A DNA stretch of 64,000 nt from Myxococcota bacterium (GTDB lineage Bacteria; Myxococcota; B64-G9), in the NCBI GenBank assembly GCA_035528415.1, contig DATKYQ010000040.1, forward strand, positions 28,296 through 92,295. Reading direction: 5' to 3'. This document shows positions 14,426 to 25,097 of the stretch, piece by piece (positions within the stretch are counted from its first letter, which is position 1; each line of letters begins with the position of its first letter). The position numbers and the translations under genes were made by a program. Below the pieces are notes generated by a model. That model did no database searches, was not told the origin of the DNA, and was given only the letters and a program-made list of their open reading frames with translations.

Positions 14426-17209
14426 CGGCGACCCTTTTCCGTCCAGGTCGTAGGCCGGGCTGTCACCGTCGCCGTCAATGCCGCCGTCCGGCAAGTCGTC
14501 AGTCGCGGCCTGGTCGCCACCGTCTTGGCCGGCGTCAAATCCACCGTCACGATCTTCCCGGGGCACCTCGCAGGTGCCCGCACGACATTGCGTGCCCTGC
14601 GGACAGGCTACATACAGGCAGGCGTCGGGCACACAGACGCCCCTGTCGCACTCGTAGCCCTGTGAACAGTAGACCTGCTCGCAGGGGTCGGCAGAGCACT
14701 GGTTGTCGATGCATAGCTGCCCCGCCGCTGCGCAGGACATCCCGGCGCACAGGCTGCGCAGACACTCACCATCTTGACAGATTTCGTCGGGCCGGCAATA
14801 GCCGCAGGCCGGGGACAGACACTCACCCCCGCGACAGTATGTGCCCGGGGCACACGAGGTTGCATGACAAGTGTCCGTCGCGCACGCGTCCCCGACGCAG
14901 ATCTCCGGGCTGGGACACTCGTGGCCTGTAGTTTGACAGTCTTCTACGACACACTCACCCAGGCGGCACTCGTAGCCCGCTTGGCACTCAATTCCTTGAA
15001 GCTCACAGACATCCGCGCAGCTTCCTTCGGCCGTGCATGATTGGCTGCTCTCGCAGCGCACTCCGCAGCAGGGCGAGACACACCAGCCGCCGCGGCAAAC
15101 GCGATCCTGCGTCGGACAGGTCTTGTCGGGACAGGCTTGAGCGCAGACGCCGCAGACACACTGCTGGTCGCCGCCGCACAACGCGCCGTCGTCTGTCAGG
15201 CCGTTGCAGTCGTTGTCCTTGCCGTCGCAGACCTCCGAGCCTGCGTCATCCGGCGCGGGACAGCTCTCGATCCCCCCGGCGCACAAAGTCTCGCCGGGAC
15301 AAGCCGGGATGCGGCACTCCTGCGGGCTGAACTCCTCGTCCGTCTCGCCGTCACAGTCATCGTCCAGCCCGTTGCACGGGTCGTGCTGAGCGCATCCTCC
15401 GCCGGAAGTGAACAGGATCGCGCCCCCGGCGCCCGCCGCCCAGCCGCTCTCGGCATCCACAAAGTCAATACCCAAGATAGCCTGAGTGAATGGGACATAC
15501 TGCTCAAACCATGTCAGGCCCCCATCCCTGCTCGACAATATCAATCCGCCCTCTCCGGCGGCGTAACCCCTCTCAATCGTCGGAAAAGATACAGCGGACA
15601 AATCATCCTCAGTACCAGTCGAGACCGTTTGCCAATTTCCGCCGCCGTCTGAACTGGCCAGCATGACACCCCGCCGGCCGACTATCCAGCCGTGCTGACC
15701 GTCGGCAAAATCGACCGCCAGCAGGTCTTCTTGAGTGCCGCTGTCCAAAAGCTGCCAGCTGTTTCCCCCGTCGCTTGTCGAAATCAGGGCGCCCCCGTTG
15801 CCCACAGCCAGGCCCGTCTGCGCATCGATGAAGAAGACACCTCTCAGCCACTGGGAGGTCGCCGATTGCTGAGCTGCCCAATGCAGCCCGCCATCGCTGG
15901 TGTGCCAGATTACTCCAGCATATCCAACCGCCCAACCGTTGCTCGCGTCGGGAAAGTGGGCACCGTAGAAAGCCTGGGGCGACTCCATAACTTGCACCTG
16001 CCAGCTCGCGCCTCCGTCCGCGCTTGCCAGTATGCGCCCACCACCGAACTCCGAGGCGCCCAGTGCCCAGACGTGCTGCCCGTCGACAGCCGCTAGTGCC
16101 GAAATGCTGCCCGTGGTCGGTGACTCAAGCCGGCTCCAGGTGTTGCCGCCATCGTTCGTTGACCAGATGGCGCCCTGGTCTCCCGCCGCCCAGCCGTGCT
16201 GCGCGTCAACAAATGCTATCGCCCTGATCCAGGGCGCGGGGGGATCCGATAGCAATTCCCAGTTCGCTCCGCCATCGACGGTTTGCAGCACGACTCCGCC
16301 GGTGCCGCTTACCCAGCCGCGTTCGGCGTTTTCGAACCAGACGGCTTTCAGATTAACCGTGGTACCCGATTCGCGCTTCTCCCAGTTTTGGCCGCCGTCA
16401 GCGCTGGCGAGCAAAGTGCCCTGGTCACCCACGACAACCACGTGCGCGAGGTCGGGTTGCGCCACCGCGGTCAGGTTGCGAATGGTCAACTTGGCCAGAT
16501 CGTCGTTGCGCTGAAAGCTCTGGCCGTCTGTTGTCAGCGTTATCGTCCCGTTGTTGCCGACCGCGATGACGTGAAAGGCATCAGTGAGTGTCACGTCGTG
16601 CAGAGTGTAGTAGGTGTCGCCACTGTGCCGCGTCCAGTGCTGTCCGCCGTCCGCGGTCACCAGCACCGAGCCGCCCTCGCCCACCGCTGCTCCCTGCAGG
16701 CCGTCTATGAACTTTATCGCCCGCAGATCCTGGTAGGCTCCCGTTTGCTGGGCGATCCAGGCCCGTCCGGCGTCGATCGTGTGCAGCACCGTTCCCGCGT
16801 CGCCAGCAGCCCAGCCCGCCCGCGGGTGCACGAACGAGATGCCGTAGAGATCAGTGTCGACTCCCGACCAGAAGGGATGCCAGTGCTTGCCGCCGTCGCT
16901 GGTACCCAAAACCAGGCCATCATTGCCAACCACCCAACCGGTCATGCCATCCAGCATGGCCAGCGCCCGCAGGTCGGGCTGCCCCGAGACACTGCCCACC
17001 ATCCAGCTTGCGCCCCCATCCAGCGTGTAGACTGATGCCCCGTCCAGGCCCACTGCCAGGCCCCTCTCGCCTGCCAGGTGTATAGCCAGCAGGTCGTGAC
17101 CATGGGTTCGCGGCTGCTGCCACTCCCAACCCCCGGCTCGGATTTCGTTCGTCGAAAATAAGAAAGCCCAGCAGGAAAAAATGACGGCTGCTGTCCAACG
17201 TTGGGCCAT
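14318..17209 (-). CDS. Exported BNR/Asp-box (Ycf48-like) multi-propeller protein with Cys-rich stalk and MYXO-CTERM-like tail
   Basis: Signal peptide. Twelve S/T-x-D-x-G-x-x-W Asp-boxes (TSDGGKHW, TADGGQHW, SADGGQNW, TVDGGANW, and others). Then CNGLDDDCDGETDE and CDGKDNDCNGLTDD modules, an EGF-like stalk, and the GCGCSSS tail. The stop overlaps the next start (ATGA at 14318..14321). Confidence 0.85.
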   Translation of the reverse strand: MAQRWTAAVIFSCWAFLFSTNEIRAGGWEWQQPRTHGHDLLAIHLAGERGLAVGLDGASVYTLDGGASWMVGSVSGQPDLRALAMLDGMTGWVVGNDGLVLGTSDGGKHWHPFWSGVDTDLYGISFVHPRAGWAAGDAGTVLHTIDAGRAWIAQQTGAYQDLRAIKFIDGLQGAAVGEGGSVLVTADGGQHWTRHSGDTYYTLHDVTLTDAFHVIAVGNNGTITLTTDGQSFQRNDDLAKLTIRNLTAVAQPDLAHVVVVGDQGTLLASADGGQNWEKRESGTTVNLKAVWFENAERGWVSGTGGVVLQTVDGGANWELLSDPPAPWIRAIAFVDAQHGWAAGDQGAIWSTNDGGNTWSRLESPTTGSISALAAVDGQHVWALGASEFGGGRILASADGGASWQVQVMESPQAFYGAHFPDASNGWAVGYAGVIWHTSDGGLHWAAQQSATSQWLRGVFFIDAQTGLAVGNGGALISTSDGGNSWQLLDSGTQEDLLAVDFADGQHGWIVGRRGVMLASSDGGGNWQTVSTGTEDDLSAVSFPTIERGYAAGEGGLILSSRDGGLTWFEQYVPFTQAILGIDFVDAESGWAAGAGGAILFTSGGGCAQHDPCNGLDDDCDGETDEEFSPQECRIPACPGETLCAGGIESCPAPDDAGSEVCDGKDNDCNGLTDDGALCGGDQQCVCGVCAQACPDKTCPTQDRVCRGGWCVSPCCGVRCESSQSCTAEGSCADVCELQGIECQAGYECRLGECVVEDCQTTGHECPSPEICVGDACATDTCHATSCAPGTYCRGGECLSPACGYCRPDEICQDGECLRSLCAGMSCAAAGQLCIDNQCSADPCEQVYCSQGYECDRGVCVPDACLYVACPQGTQCRAGTCEVPREDRDGGFDAGQDGGDQAATDDLPDGGIDGDGDSPAYDLDGKGSPGCGCSSSEGSKGWVLAMLLLALLALKRGTRRKSLI

Positions 17210-17214
17210 GCCGA

Positions 17215-17565
17215 CTACTTTCCCTGCGGCTTGCCCAGGTAGCGCTCGACCACCCAGCGAATCAACTTCCGGGCGCCCTCGCTGATGTCTGTGAACCTGA
17301 CGGCAAAGCCTGAGGGATCCTGGCGCTGGTGCCAGACGACTTCGCCGCGAGCCTTGACCGGTGTGCTGACCAGGGGCAAGAACATCTCCATGTCTACCTG
17401 GGTCTCTTCGTCAAGCGGTTCTTCCGCCAGCAGGAAGGCCCCGCTGGCGCTGAGGTTGCGCGAATAGTAATGCCGCCCGCCGCTCTCGGTCTCGACGCGC
17501 ACGATGATCCCGATCGGGGCGCGCGGAGCCCTTCTTTTCTCGCTGTAGTCGATACCACCGGGCAT
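17215..17565 (-). CDS. PilZ-domain (c-di-GMP-binding) protein
   Basis: RRAPR (RxxxR) and NLSASG (D/NxSxxG) motifs at the expected spacing. 116 aa. The stop lies 5 nt before the BNR gene start. Confidence 0.85.
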   Translation of the reverse strand: MPGGIDYSEKRRAPRAPIGIIVRVETESGGRHYYSRNLSASGAFLLAEEPLDEETQVDMEMFLPLVSTPVKARGEVVWHQRQDPSGFAVRFTDISEGARKLIRWVVERYLGKPQGK

Positions 17566-17613
17566 AGATAATCCTTCAAGCCGGAACGCAAACCCGGCGA
17601 CTTGAGTGGAGTT

Positions 17614-17642
17614 ATCCTAGCTCCAAGGGATACAACTGTCAA
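17614..17642 (-). promoter_or_regulatory. Candidate sigma70-type promoter of the PilZ operon
   Basis: On the minus strand: TTGACA (17642..17637), a 17-nt spacer, then TAGGAT (17619..17614), about 50 nt upstream of ATG 17565. Sequence match only. Confidence 0.3.
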
Positions 17643-17728
17643 ACACGACTGGTTGTACGCTGGTCTTTTAGATTGACCGTTGACCAGCCGGTCTGTCAAA
17701 CTGGACACTAACCAGAAGGTGGTCTTGG

Positions 17729-18250
17729 ATGATCAGGTTTTCGCTCTTGCTGCTCGCGGTCTTCGTTATGGCCTTATTTTCCGCCTGCGGGCTTGATGTC
17801 GTCGAGTTCAGCGTCGTCGAGGAGGGTCTGGTCGGCATGGCCGGCGTCAATGTTCCCGGCCTGGGCAACTTCGGCTCCAGCCTGGACAACGCCCTCTCAG
17901 ACCAGGGAGTCGACCCGGGCGACGTCGACTCGATGCGCGTACTCACAGGCTCGCTCGAGATGACCACCCAGGGCGGCTTGACGAAGGATCTGTCCTTCTT
18001 CGAGAAGCTGGAGTTCAACCTGGGTGCCGACGGCATGCAACCCACCCGCTTGGCCTTGGCTGCGCAGCCCATAGCCGCGGGGACAAAACACGTCGATCTG
18101 GACGTCGACTCCCGACTGGATCTGAAACCCTACCTGGATGCCGGCAACATGCTTGTAGACGTAGACGCCATGCTGAACCCACTACCGCCCGACGCCGTGG
18201 GCATCAAGCTGATCTTCAAAGTCAGAGTCGACGTGAACGTCATCAAGTAG
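17729..18250 (+). CDS. Hypothetical lipoprotein
   Basis: Lipobox LFSACG. 173 aa, with no recognisable domain. Confidence 0.6.
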   Translation: MIRFSLLLLAVFVMALFSACGLDVVEFSVVEEGLVGMAGVNVPGLGNFGSSLDNALSDQGVDPGDVDSMRVLTGSLEMTTQGGLTKDLSFFEKLEFNLGADGMQPTRLALAAQPIAAGTKHVDLDVDSRLDLKPYLDAGNMLVDVDAMLNPLPPDAVGIKLIFKVRVDVNVIK

Positions 18251-18271
18251 TGCCCGTCTCAAGAGGCCGTC

Positions 18272-20119
<1,848 letters not shown>

Positions 20120-20149
20120 ATCATCCTCCTTTGTCGAATTGTCATATCA

Positions 20150-21133
20150 TCAGGCGCCGGTGCCGTAAGCGTCAAGGGCAATCCGCGCCTGTTTATTAAG
20201 TTTTGTCCTCAACTCCTCGGGCGCTTCTATTGTCGCCTGTCCCCCGAACGAGGCCACGTAAGACAAGACGTACTCATCAGAGACGTCGTACAACTTGGCG
20301 ATCACGCCGCCCTCCGGCGTCCGCTCGACATAGTCGTCGCCCCAGTGCTCGCGAACCCAGCGTGCCACCGCGGGGGTGAAGGAGATAACCACCTCGCGTC
20401 CGCCGCGCTCGGGAACGGTCAGGTTCTGCTCGACGAAGGCGGCCACGTCGAAATCGGCGGGAAAGTCGAAGATGCGTTCCGTCATCCCGGCCTGCATGAT
20501 CCGCGACAGCCGAAAAACGCGCTCGGCCTTGCGCGTGGTGCAATAGGCCGCCAGGTACCACAACCCCAGGTGGTGATGCAGACCATACGGTCGTATGGTG
20601 CGATCCGTCGCCTCTCCCCTGCTGGCCGAGTAGTATTGCAGCTCCAGCTCCCGGCGCTCGTCTATCGCCCGCCTGAGCGTGCTCAGGAACTTGTTCTCAG
20701 TCTCGCCCAGCAACAACATGAAGCGTCCGGCTAACTCGTCGAACAGCCTGCGGGCATCCTGGGGCAAAGAGGCGGCAATCTTCTCCACTGCTATCCCGAC
20801 CGCCACGGCCGCCTCGCCCATCAGCTTTTGATCGGTGAACATACGCGCCGCCGTAGCCAGTGCCAGTGCCTCGAACACCGTCAGACCCGGCGGTTTTTCA
20901 AGCGACTGGTGCAGATCGACGAAAACACGGCCGCCTTCCTGGTAGATGTCTATCATGTCGTTCGGCAGAAAGGGCGGCCTGCCAACCATCAGCAGGAAAT
21001 CGATTTCCTTCATCAGTTCTTGTTCGGAGATTCCCAGGCGCCGGGTCAGATCTTCGACGGTCACGCCCCGGTGCCTGACCACGTAAGGCACTAAAAAAAG
21101 AAGTGTGCGCAGCCTCTCGTGGAGATCGGACAT
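20150..21133 (-). CDS. HTH-WYL-WCX transcriptional regulator (PafC-like)
   Basis: N-terminal wHTH (VTVEDLTRRLGISEQEL). WYL core RTIRPYGLHHHLGLWYLAAYCTTRKAERVFRLSRI. TGATG junction with the upstream paralog. Confidence 0.8.
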   Translation of the reverse strand: MSDLHERLRTLLFLVPYVVRHRGVTVEDLTRRLGISEQELMKEIDFLLMVGRPPFLPNDMIDIYQEGGRVFVDLHQSLEKPPGLTVFEALALATAARMFTDQKLMGEAAVAVGIAVEKIAASLPQDARRLFDELAGRFMLLLGETENKFLSTLRRAIDERRELELQYYSASRGEATDRTIRPYGLHHHLGLWYLAAYCTTRKAERVFRLSRIMQAGMTERIFDFPADFDVAAFVEQNLTVPERGGREVVISFTPAVARWVREHWGDDYVERTPEGGVIAKLYDVSDEYVLSYVASFGGQATIEAPEELRTKLNKQARIALDAYGTGA

Positions 21134-22164
21134 CAGCCAGCACCGCCTGCGGCACTGCTCGCCGCGACATTCAAAAGGGCCGCCTTGACTTTATCCACGA
21201 TTTCGGGCGGCGAAATCACCCTGGCCCGGTGCCGGTGCCAGAGTATCGTCGGCAACAGACCGTCTGAGAAGGTCACAGACAGGCGCACTATCAGGGCCTC
21301 GCCGTCCTCCTCGACGTATTCTACCGACTTGCCCAATTCGGCCACCGCTGCCTGGGCACCGGGCGGTTCAAAGCGCAGTTTGACCTCCAGCGGATCATGC
21401 GCCTTGATCTCCCACGGATGCCGGGCGACATGATCCGCGAGGCTGAAGTCTTTCGGAAACTCGAAGTCGGGAGACTTGGGTTTGAAACGGTTGACATCGA
21501 GGCCCGTGATGCGATCGACGTGAAACACCCGCATGGCCTCGCGCAAGTGGCAATACCCGACCAGGAACCATTTACCCTGAACGTAGATCAATCCATAGGG
21601 GTCGACGTCGCGTTTGGTTTTTTCGTCTTTCCACAGCGAATGGTAAAAGATGATTGTTCTTTTCCTTTCGCTGATCGCCCTGTGCAATGAAGCCAGGTAC
21701 TCCTTGCGTCTCAGGGCACTGGCATCTCCTAAGTTGTTTGCGGGCATGGTGCGCAGCACGGGCTGCCTGACGAACTCTCCCTCGCCGGTCGCGAAACCTA
21801 TTTTGTTCAAGGCCATGACCAGGTCCCGCGAGAACGGTGAGCCGTCCATCTGCAACACCGCGCTGCCGGCCAAGTATAGCATGGCCATCTCCTCGGGTGC
21901 CAAATCGATGGGCGGCAGCGAGTAGCCTTCCCTGTCGATCATGTAGCCCCCACATTCGACTTCATCTTCCTGCATGTAACGCAGCGGCACTCCCAGTTCG
22001 ATGATATCCGCCTTGTCCCGCTCGAATTTGCGGGCGATCGACTCATCCTGCCCGTCTCGGTAGTCTTCCGGAAAGGCATTCTGTATCTCGGCAAAAGTCA
22101 CCGGCCGGCGGGCGTTCAGCAAGAAGGCGATCTGGTCGAGGAGTCGCTCAGCCTTCTTCATCAT
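21133..22164 (-). CDS. HTH-WYL-WCX transcriptional regulator (PafB-like)
   Basis: Start taken at MMKKAERLLDQIAFLL (22164). WYL core RDVDPYGLIYVQGKWFLVGYCHLREAMRVFHVDRI. The longer track ORF (to 22374) is Arg/Pro-rich and overlaps the upstream gene. Confidence 0.8.
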   Translation of the reverse strand: MMKKAERLLDQIAFLLNARRPVTFAEIQNAFPEDYRDGQDESIARKFERDKADIIELGVPLRYMQEDEVECGGYMIDREGYSLPPIDLAPEEMAMLYLAGSAVLQMDGSPFSRDLVMALNKIGFATGEGEFVRQPVLRTMPANNLGDASALRRKEYLASLHRAISERKRTIIFYHSLWKDEKTKRDVDPYGLIYVQGKWFLVGYCHLREAMRVFHVDRITGLDVNRFKPKSPDFEFPKDFSLADHVARHPWEIKAHDPLEVKLRFEPPGAQAAVAELGKSVEYVEEDGEALIVRLSVTFSDGLLPTILWHRHRARVISPPEIVDKVKAALLNVAASSAAGGAG

Positions 22165-22930
22165 AAGACCCCGCCGTCGTGTGTTTCCAGCGGCCTTTGA
22201 TCCTGCCGGAACGATCAACGTGCAGCCCTTCCGGAAGAACAGCGTCCACTTTCTTCCTGTAGCCCTTGACCGTCCAACCGAGCCCGGACAAGGCCTCGGC
22301 AATAGCCGCCCGCAGCCTGGCCGGCGTCTCCTCGTCGACCAGAAGCTGCAGCACGGCCTCGCGAGCCGCCTCATCCTGCCTGCAGGTTAAAGCCGAGAGG
22401 GCCTCCAACTGCACCTCGTCACGGTGATCGCGCAGGAAGGGAATCAAGGCCGGAACCACGTCGGGGTGGTCGTACTCGGCCAGTTGCGAAACCAGCAACA
22501 CCTTGCGCTCGGGCTCGCGGGTGTAACTGGTGCCCAGGTTATTGAGCGCCCGTTCGATAACCTCGACCGCTTCCTGCGGTTCGGCGACGGTGCTAAGCAG
22601 CTTCAGAGGCCAGGTTATCGGCACGTTGGCCGAGTCCTTGCGGTTCAGGTAAGCCTCCACGGCAGGTATCACTTCACTTCCGAAACCTACCAGGATGTCG
22701 AAGACGTTCTGCTTCTCATCCTCGTCCTTGATGCTGGGATCGACATTTACCATGAAGCGCTCCAGCAGCCCCTGACAACCCTCCCGACCGCCCAACTCCT
22801 TGAAGTACTGCACCGCCCGGAAACGGTCTTCACCCTGCCCGAACCTGTTCTTGATGTGTTTCCGATGGCGCTGGTAATCCCGGCGGTGTTTCTTGCGGCG
22901 TAGCTTCTCCATCCACCCGGAGAAGCTCAT
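22148..22930 (-). CDS. HEAT-repeat protein
   Basis: Start ATG 22930 (MSFSGWMEKLRRKKHRR), in an ATGA overlap with the upstream lipoprotein stop. HEAT/PBS-lyase-like repeats (DVVPALIPFLRDHRDEVQLEALSAL, PARLRAAIAEALSGLG). Confidence 0.6.
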   Translation of the reverse strand: MSFSGWMEKLRRKKHRRDYQRHRKHIKNRFGQGEDRFRAVQYFKELGGREGCQGLLERFMVNVDPSIKDEDEKQNVFDILVGFGSEVIPAVEAYLNRKDSANVPITWPLKLLSTVAEPQEAVEVIERALNNLGTSYTREPERKVLLVSQLAEYDHPDVVPALIPFLRDHRDEVQLEALSALTCRQDEAAREAVLQLLVDEETPARLRAAIAEALSGLGWTVKGYRKKVDAVLPEGLHVDRSGRIKGRWKHTTAGSYDEEG

Positions 22931-23565
22931 TGGTTTACCTTCCACGCCAATGACACGCTCCCGAAGGCGCTGGCCATCTTGATCGTCAGGCTGCCGACGT
23001 CCGGATCGATCACGGGCTTCCCGTTTGTTTGATCCAGCGGGAAGATGACCAGGTACGATTTTCCGAAAGTGCTGGAGAACGGGAAAAAGGCCATCAGGTT
23101 CGGCCCGCGCCCGCGGAACTTGTGGATGCTCAGCGGCAGGACACCCAATTGGTTCGTTCCGCCCCAGAGCGTCATTCTCCAGACGGCGTCCTTTTCGTCC
23201 AGGTTGTTCCACTCCTCGCGCGGGATGTCGGCGAAGACGAAAAACTCGTGGCCGCGGCCTACCGAGGTGGCAATCATTTCCAGGTCGCTGTCGACCTGCC
23301 CGGGATCGGCGCCGAATATCTTCAGGTACTGCGCTCCGAAGGCCTCGCGAAGCTTGGGGGCCAGGTAGGTCGCGTGAACCAGCAGCATGTTATCCAGGCT
23401 GTAATTCACCCGGCCGGATATCGTCCACCTGCGCAACTGCTTATCGTATTCTGTGTCGAGCTTTTGCGGCCCACGCATGTTGGGCTGGGGCGCACAGGAG
23501 CACAAGGCCACAGCAAATACAAAGCAGGCCTTCGGGATCTTCGATAGTTTTATACGCTGCGTCAT
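22927..23565 (-). CDS. Hypothetical lipoprotein
   Basis: Lipobox ALCSCA. 212 aa, with no recognisable domain. Confidence 0.6.
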   Translation of the reverse strand: MTQRIKLSKIPKACFVFAVALCSCAPQPNMRGPQKLDTEYDKQLRRWTISGRVNYSLDNMLLVHATYLAPKLREAFGAQYLKIFGADPGQVDSDLEMIATSVGRGHEFFVFADIPREEWNNLDEKDAVWRMTLWGGTNQLGVLPLSIHKFRGRGPNLMAFFPFSSTFGKSYLVIFPLDQTNGKPVIDPDVGSLTIKMASAFGSVSLAWKVNQ

Positions 23566-23582
23566 CGTGCGACAAGTATAGT

Positions 23583-23598
23583 CCCTGGCGAGCCAGGG
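23583..23598 (-). terminator. Short GC hairpin between pyrE and the downstream lipoprotein gene (weak terminator or attenuator candidate)
   Basis: CCCTGG-CGAG-CCAGGG, a perfect 6-bp stem with a 4-nt loop. There is no U-tract, so termination is doubtful. Confidence 0.2.
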
Positions 23599-23617
23599 TC
23601 AAGAGCGGATACGTTGA

Positions 23618-24184
23618 CTAGCGTATGAAATCCTGCCGAGTGAAGAGCGAGTGGAATTCATGTCCCGCCTGCTCTATTGTCTGGCGCCCCCCCTCCAGGC
23701 GGTCTACCAGAACAACCACCCCGCGCACATCGAGCCCGGCCTGCTCAACCCGGTCGAGCGCCTGCAAAGCCGATCCTCCCGAGGTTACCACGTCCTCCAG
23801 CACAACCACCTGGTCTCCCCGGGCCAGATTGGCCATGCCTTCTATCCAGGCCCCCGTCCCGTGACCCTTGGCCGCCTTACGCACTAAAAAGCCCTGCAGC
23901 GGATGCCCCTCGATCTGGCTGATCAAGCTGACCGCCGAGACGAGCGGATCGGCACCCAGCGTGGGACCGCCGACCGCCACCGCCTTGGGGAAGGACTCGC
24001 GCACCAGGTTGTATACCAGGCGTCCGATCAGCAGGTGCCCCTCGGCGCTAAGAGACGTCTGGCGGCAGTCGATGTAGAAATCGCTCACCTTGCCGGAGGC
24101 CAGGACGACCCTGCCTGAGCGAAAAGACTTTTCATGCAAAAGTTGCAGCAGACGCAAGCGATCGGGACTGGTGTCACTCACCAC
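23618..24184 (-). CDS. pyrE: Orotate phosphoribosyltransferase
   Basis: LASGKVSDFYIDCR and the PRPP loop VVVLEDVVTSGGSA. GTG start. Confidence 0.9.
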   Translation of the reverse strand: MVSDTSPDRLRLLQLLHEKSFRSGRVVLASGKVSDFYIDCRQTSLSAEGHLLIGRLVYNLVRESFPKAVAVGGPTLGADPLVSAVSLISQIEGHPLQGFLVRKAAKGHGTGAWIEGMANLARGDQVVVLEDVVTSGGSALQALDRVEQAGLDVRGVVVLVDRLEGGRQTIEQAGHEFHSLFTRQDFIR

Positions 24185-24210
24185 TGCACCTGAGGCCTTT
24201 GAGACGGACG

Positions 24211-24750
24211 CTAGCGCCGTTTTCTTTTGACCACAACTTTTTTCTTTGAGCGCGAGTCTGCCTTCTTGATGACGCTAATCGTTTTCTTCACCGGTACAGG
24301 CGCCTTCTTTACTTGTAGGTGAGGCGCAGCCGGCGTCTTGCGGACGGGTTCGGGCCTGACCGCTGGTCGTGGTGTAAAAGACGGTGTCTTGTGATCTGCG
24401 GCCGGAGAGGAAGTCTGGCGCGGCATCTCCAGGTTGCCCATATCGACCTTGCCCTTGAACAAAGCTCCCTCGACGACAATCACCCGGGGCGCGTGGATAT
24501 CACCTACCATGCGCCCGGTTTCCGACAACTCGACAGAATCGGTCGCCGTCAAGTTACCGACCATCACACCGCTGACCACGGCGTTGTTGACCGAGACGTC
24601 CGCCTTGACTACCCCGCTCTGCTCGATGATCAGCGTGCGCGACAGGCTCAGCGAGCCCTCAATTCTTCCCTGAACCGTCAGGTCTTCGTCACCCTGCAAG
24701 TTGCCCCTGACCAGAATGGTTTCACCGACAATTGTGTTGGTATCCGCCAT
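24211..24750 (-). CDS. Bactofilin with Lys/Pro-rich C-terminal tail
   Basis: Bactofilin beta-helix repeats (GNLQGDEDLTVQGRIEGSLSL..., VVSGVMVGNLTA, VVVEGALFKGKVDMG), then a basic tail ending KKKVVVKRKRR. Confidence 0.85.
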   Translation of the reverse strand: MADTNTIVGETILVRGNLQGDEDLTVQGRIEGSLSLSRTLIIEQSGVVKADVSVNNAVVSGVMVGNLTATDSVELSETGRMVGDIHAPRVIVVEGALFKGKVDMGNLEMPRQTSSPAADHKTPSFTPRPAVRPEPVRKTPAAPHLQVKKAPVPVKKTISVIKKADSRSKKKVVVKRKRR

Positions 24751-24766
24751 GAACGGCTCCTTTTAA

Positions 24767-25078
24767 CTAGCGATCCATGTCCACGTTGCCCTTGAACGTG
24801 GCTCCGTCGGCGATTAAAATTCTCGGCGCCTTGATGTCGCCGACCATCCGGCCGTCGCTTTTCAGCTCTACCTTGTCCGAAGCGTTGATGTTTCCGGTGA
24901 CAGAACCCGACACCTCGACGTTGCGAGTCACTATGTCGGCCTCTACAACGCCGGAACCTTCGACGAAAAGACTCTCCTTGAGCGTGATCTTACCCTTGAC
25001 CGTGCCCTGGATCACCAGGTCTTCGTCGCCGCTTATTTCACCGTCGATTACAATTGAGCTTCCGATGACATTGGCCAT
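24767..25078 (-). CDS. Bactofilin
   Basis: 103 aa, essentially only the bactofilin core (IDGEISGDEDLVIQGTVKGKITL..., ILIADGATFKGNVDM). Confidence 0.85.
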   Translation of the reverse strand: MANVIGSSIVIDGEISGDEDLVIQGTVKGKITLKESLFVEGSGVVEADIVTRNVEVSGSVTGNINASDKVELKSDGRMVGDIKAPRILIADGATFKGNVDMDR

Positions 25079-25097
25079 GATATTCTCCTTGGCTCTT

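Noticed and set aside
7749-15400. Highly recurrent DNA strings (tcgcagtcgttgtc and similar) that could indicate a repetitive mobile element
   Set aside because: They are the coding image of the DNDCDG peptide motif on the opposite strand, inside three long intact ORFs. There are no terminal inverted repeats, transposase genes or target-site duplications.
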